From Mobula hypostoma (lineage: Eukaryota): a stretch of DNA of 64,000 nucleotides. This document shows, piece after piece, positions 63,712-64,000 of this stretch. Positions within the stretch are counted from its first letter, which is position 1. Each line of letters begins with the position of its first letter. Location: NCBI RefSeq assembly GCF_963921235.1, contig NC_086108.1, positions 20,708,001 through 20,772,000 of the forward strand, written 5' to 3'. A program made the translations under genes and the position numbers. The notes below the pieces were generated by a model. That model saw only the letters and a program-made list of their open reading frames with translations, ran no database searches and was not told where the DNA came from.

Positions 63712-64000
63712 TTATCCTCATATTAGTCTATCCTCATCAGCATCATGCAAGCTGGTGTCAATAAACCTCCTCATCAATGGTCATTCTGGCTTCTCTCTAA
63801 TGCTTAGGTTCCATCATTAGATTCTGCTTAAATATTGACTTCAATTTTGTGAATGCAGCAAATAGGAAAGCTGATAGGAAATAAGGACAAATATCACCAC
63901 AGACTGGCTTGCCTAGTGCAAATTAAGATAACTGTGAATAACCGTGAGTATTGGAAAGCAATCGTTCTTAGTGCCTGACCCCTGCTCTTCAGCTTTTTCA

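Noticed and set aside
1..64000. CRISPR arrays, prokaryotic operons, rRNA or bona fide tRNA genes
   Set aside because: None seen; the tRNA-like segments are SINE heads and the DNA is vertebrate intronic.

Overview
Eukaryotic, repeat-dense vertebrate DNA, probably from a cartilaginous fish (inferred from the mix of CR1, Rex1/Babar, V-SINE-like and Penelope repeats; not proven). The only host coding sequence I can support is the first coding exon of ANGPTL1 (29954-30788, +). Most other ORFs are transposon fragments or their antisense shadows: CR1 and Rex1/Babar LINEs (often nested), a Tc1, two Tigger/pogo derivatives, a hAT element and SINEs. The most interesting signal is a family of Penelope-like (Neptune-type, RT + GIY-YIG) insertions carrying minimal hammerhead ribozymes. 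Four of them, from 83 bp to 3.5 kb, share one architecture: two element 3' ends facing outward, one with a ~35-45 nt tail and one without, enclosed by a 13-14 bp target-site duplication (TSD). The clearest case is a near-perfect 3.3 kb palindrome at 18951-22326. Inverted termini and hammerheads are already known in Penelope-like elements; the consistent size series and junction rules seen here are what deserve follow-up. All boundaries were read by eye, and those of decayed repeats are approximate.
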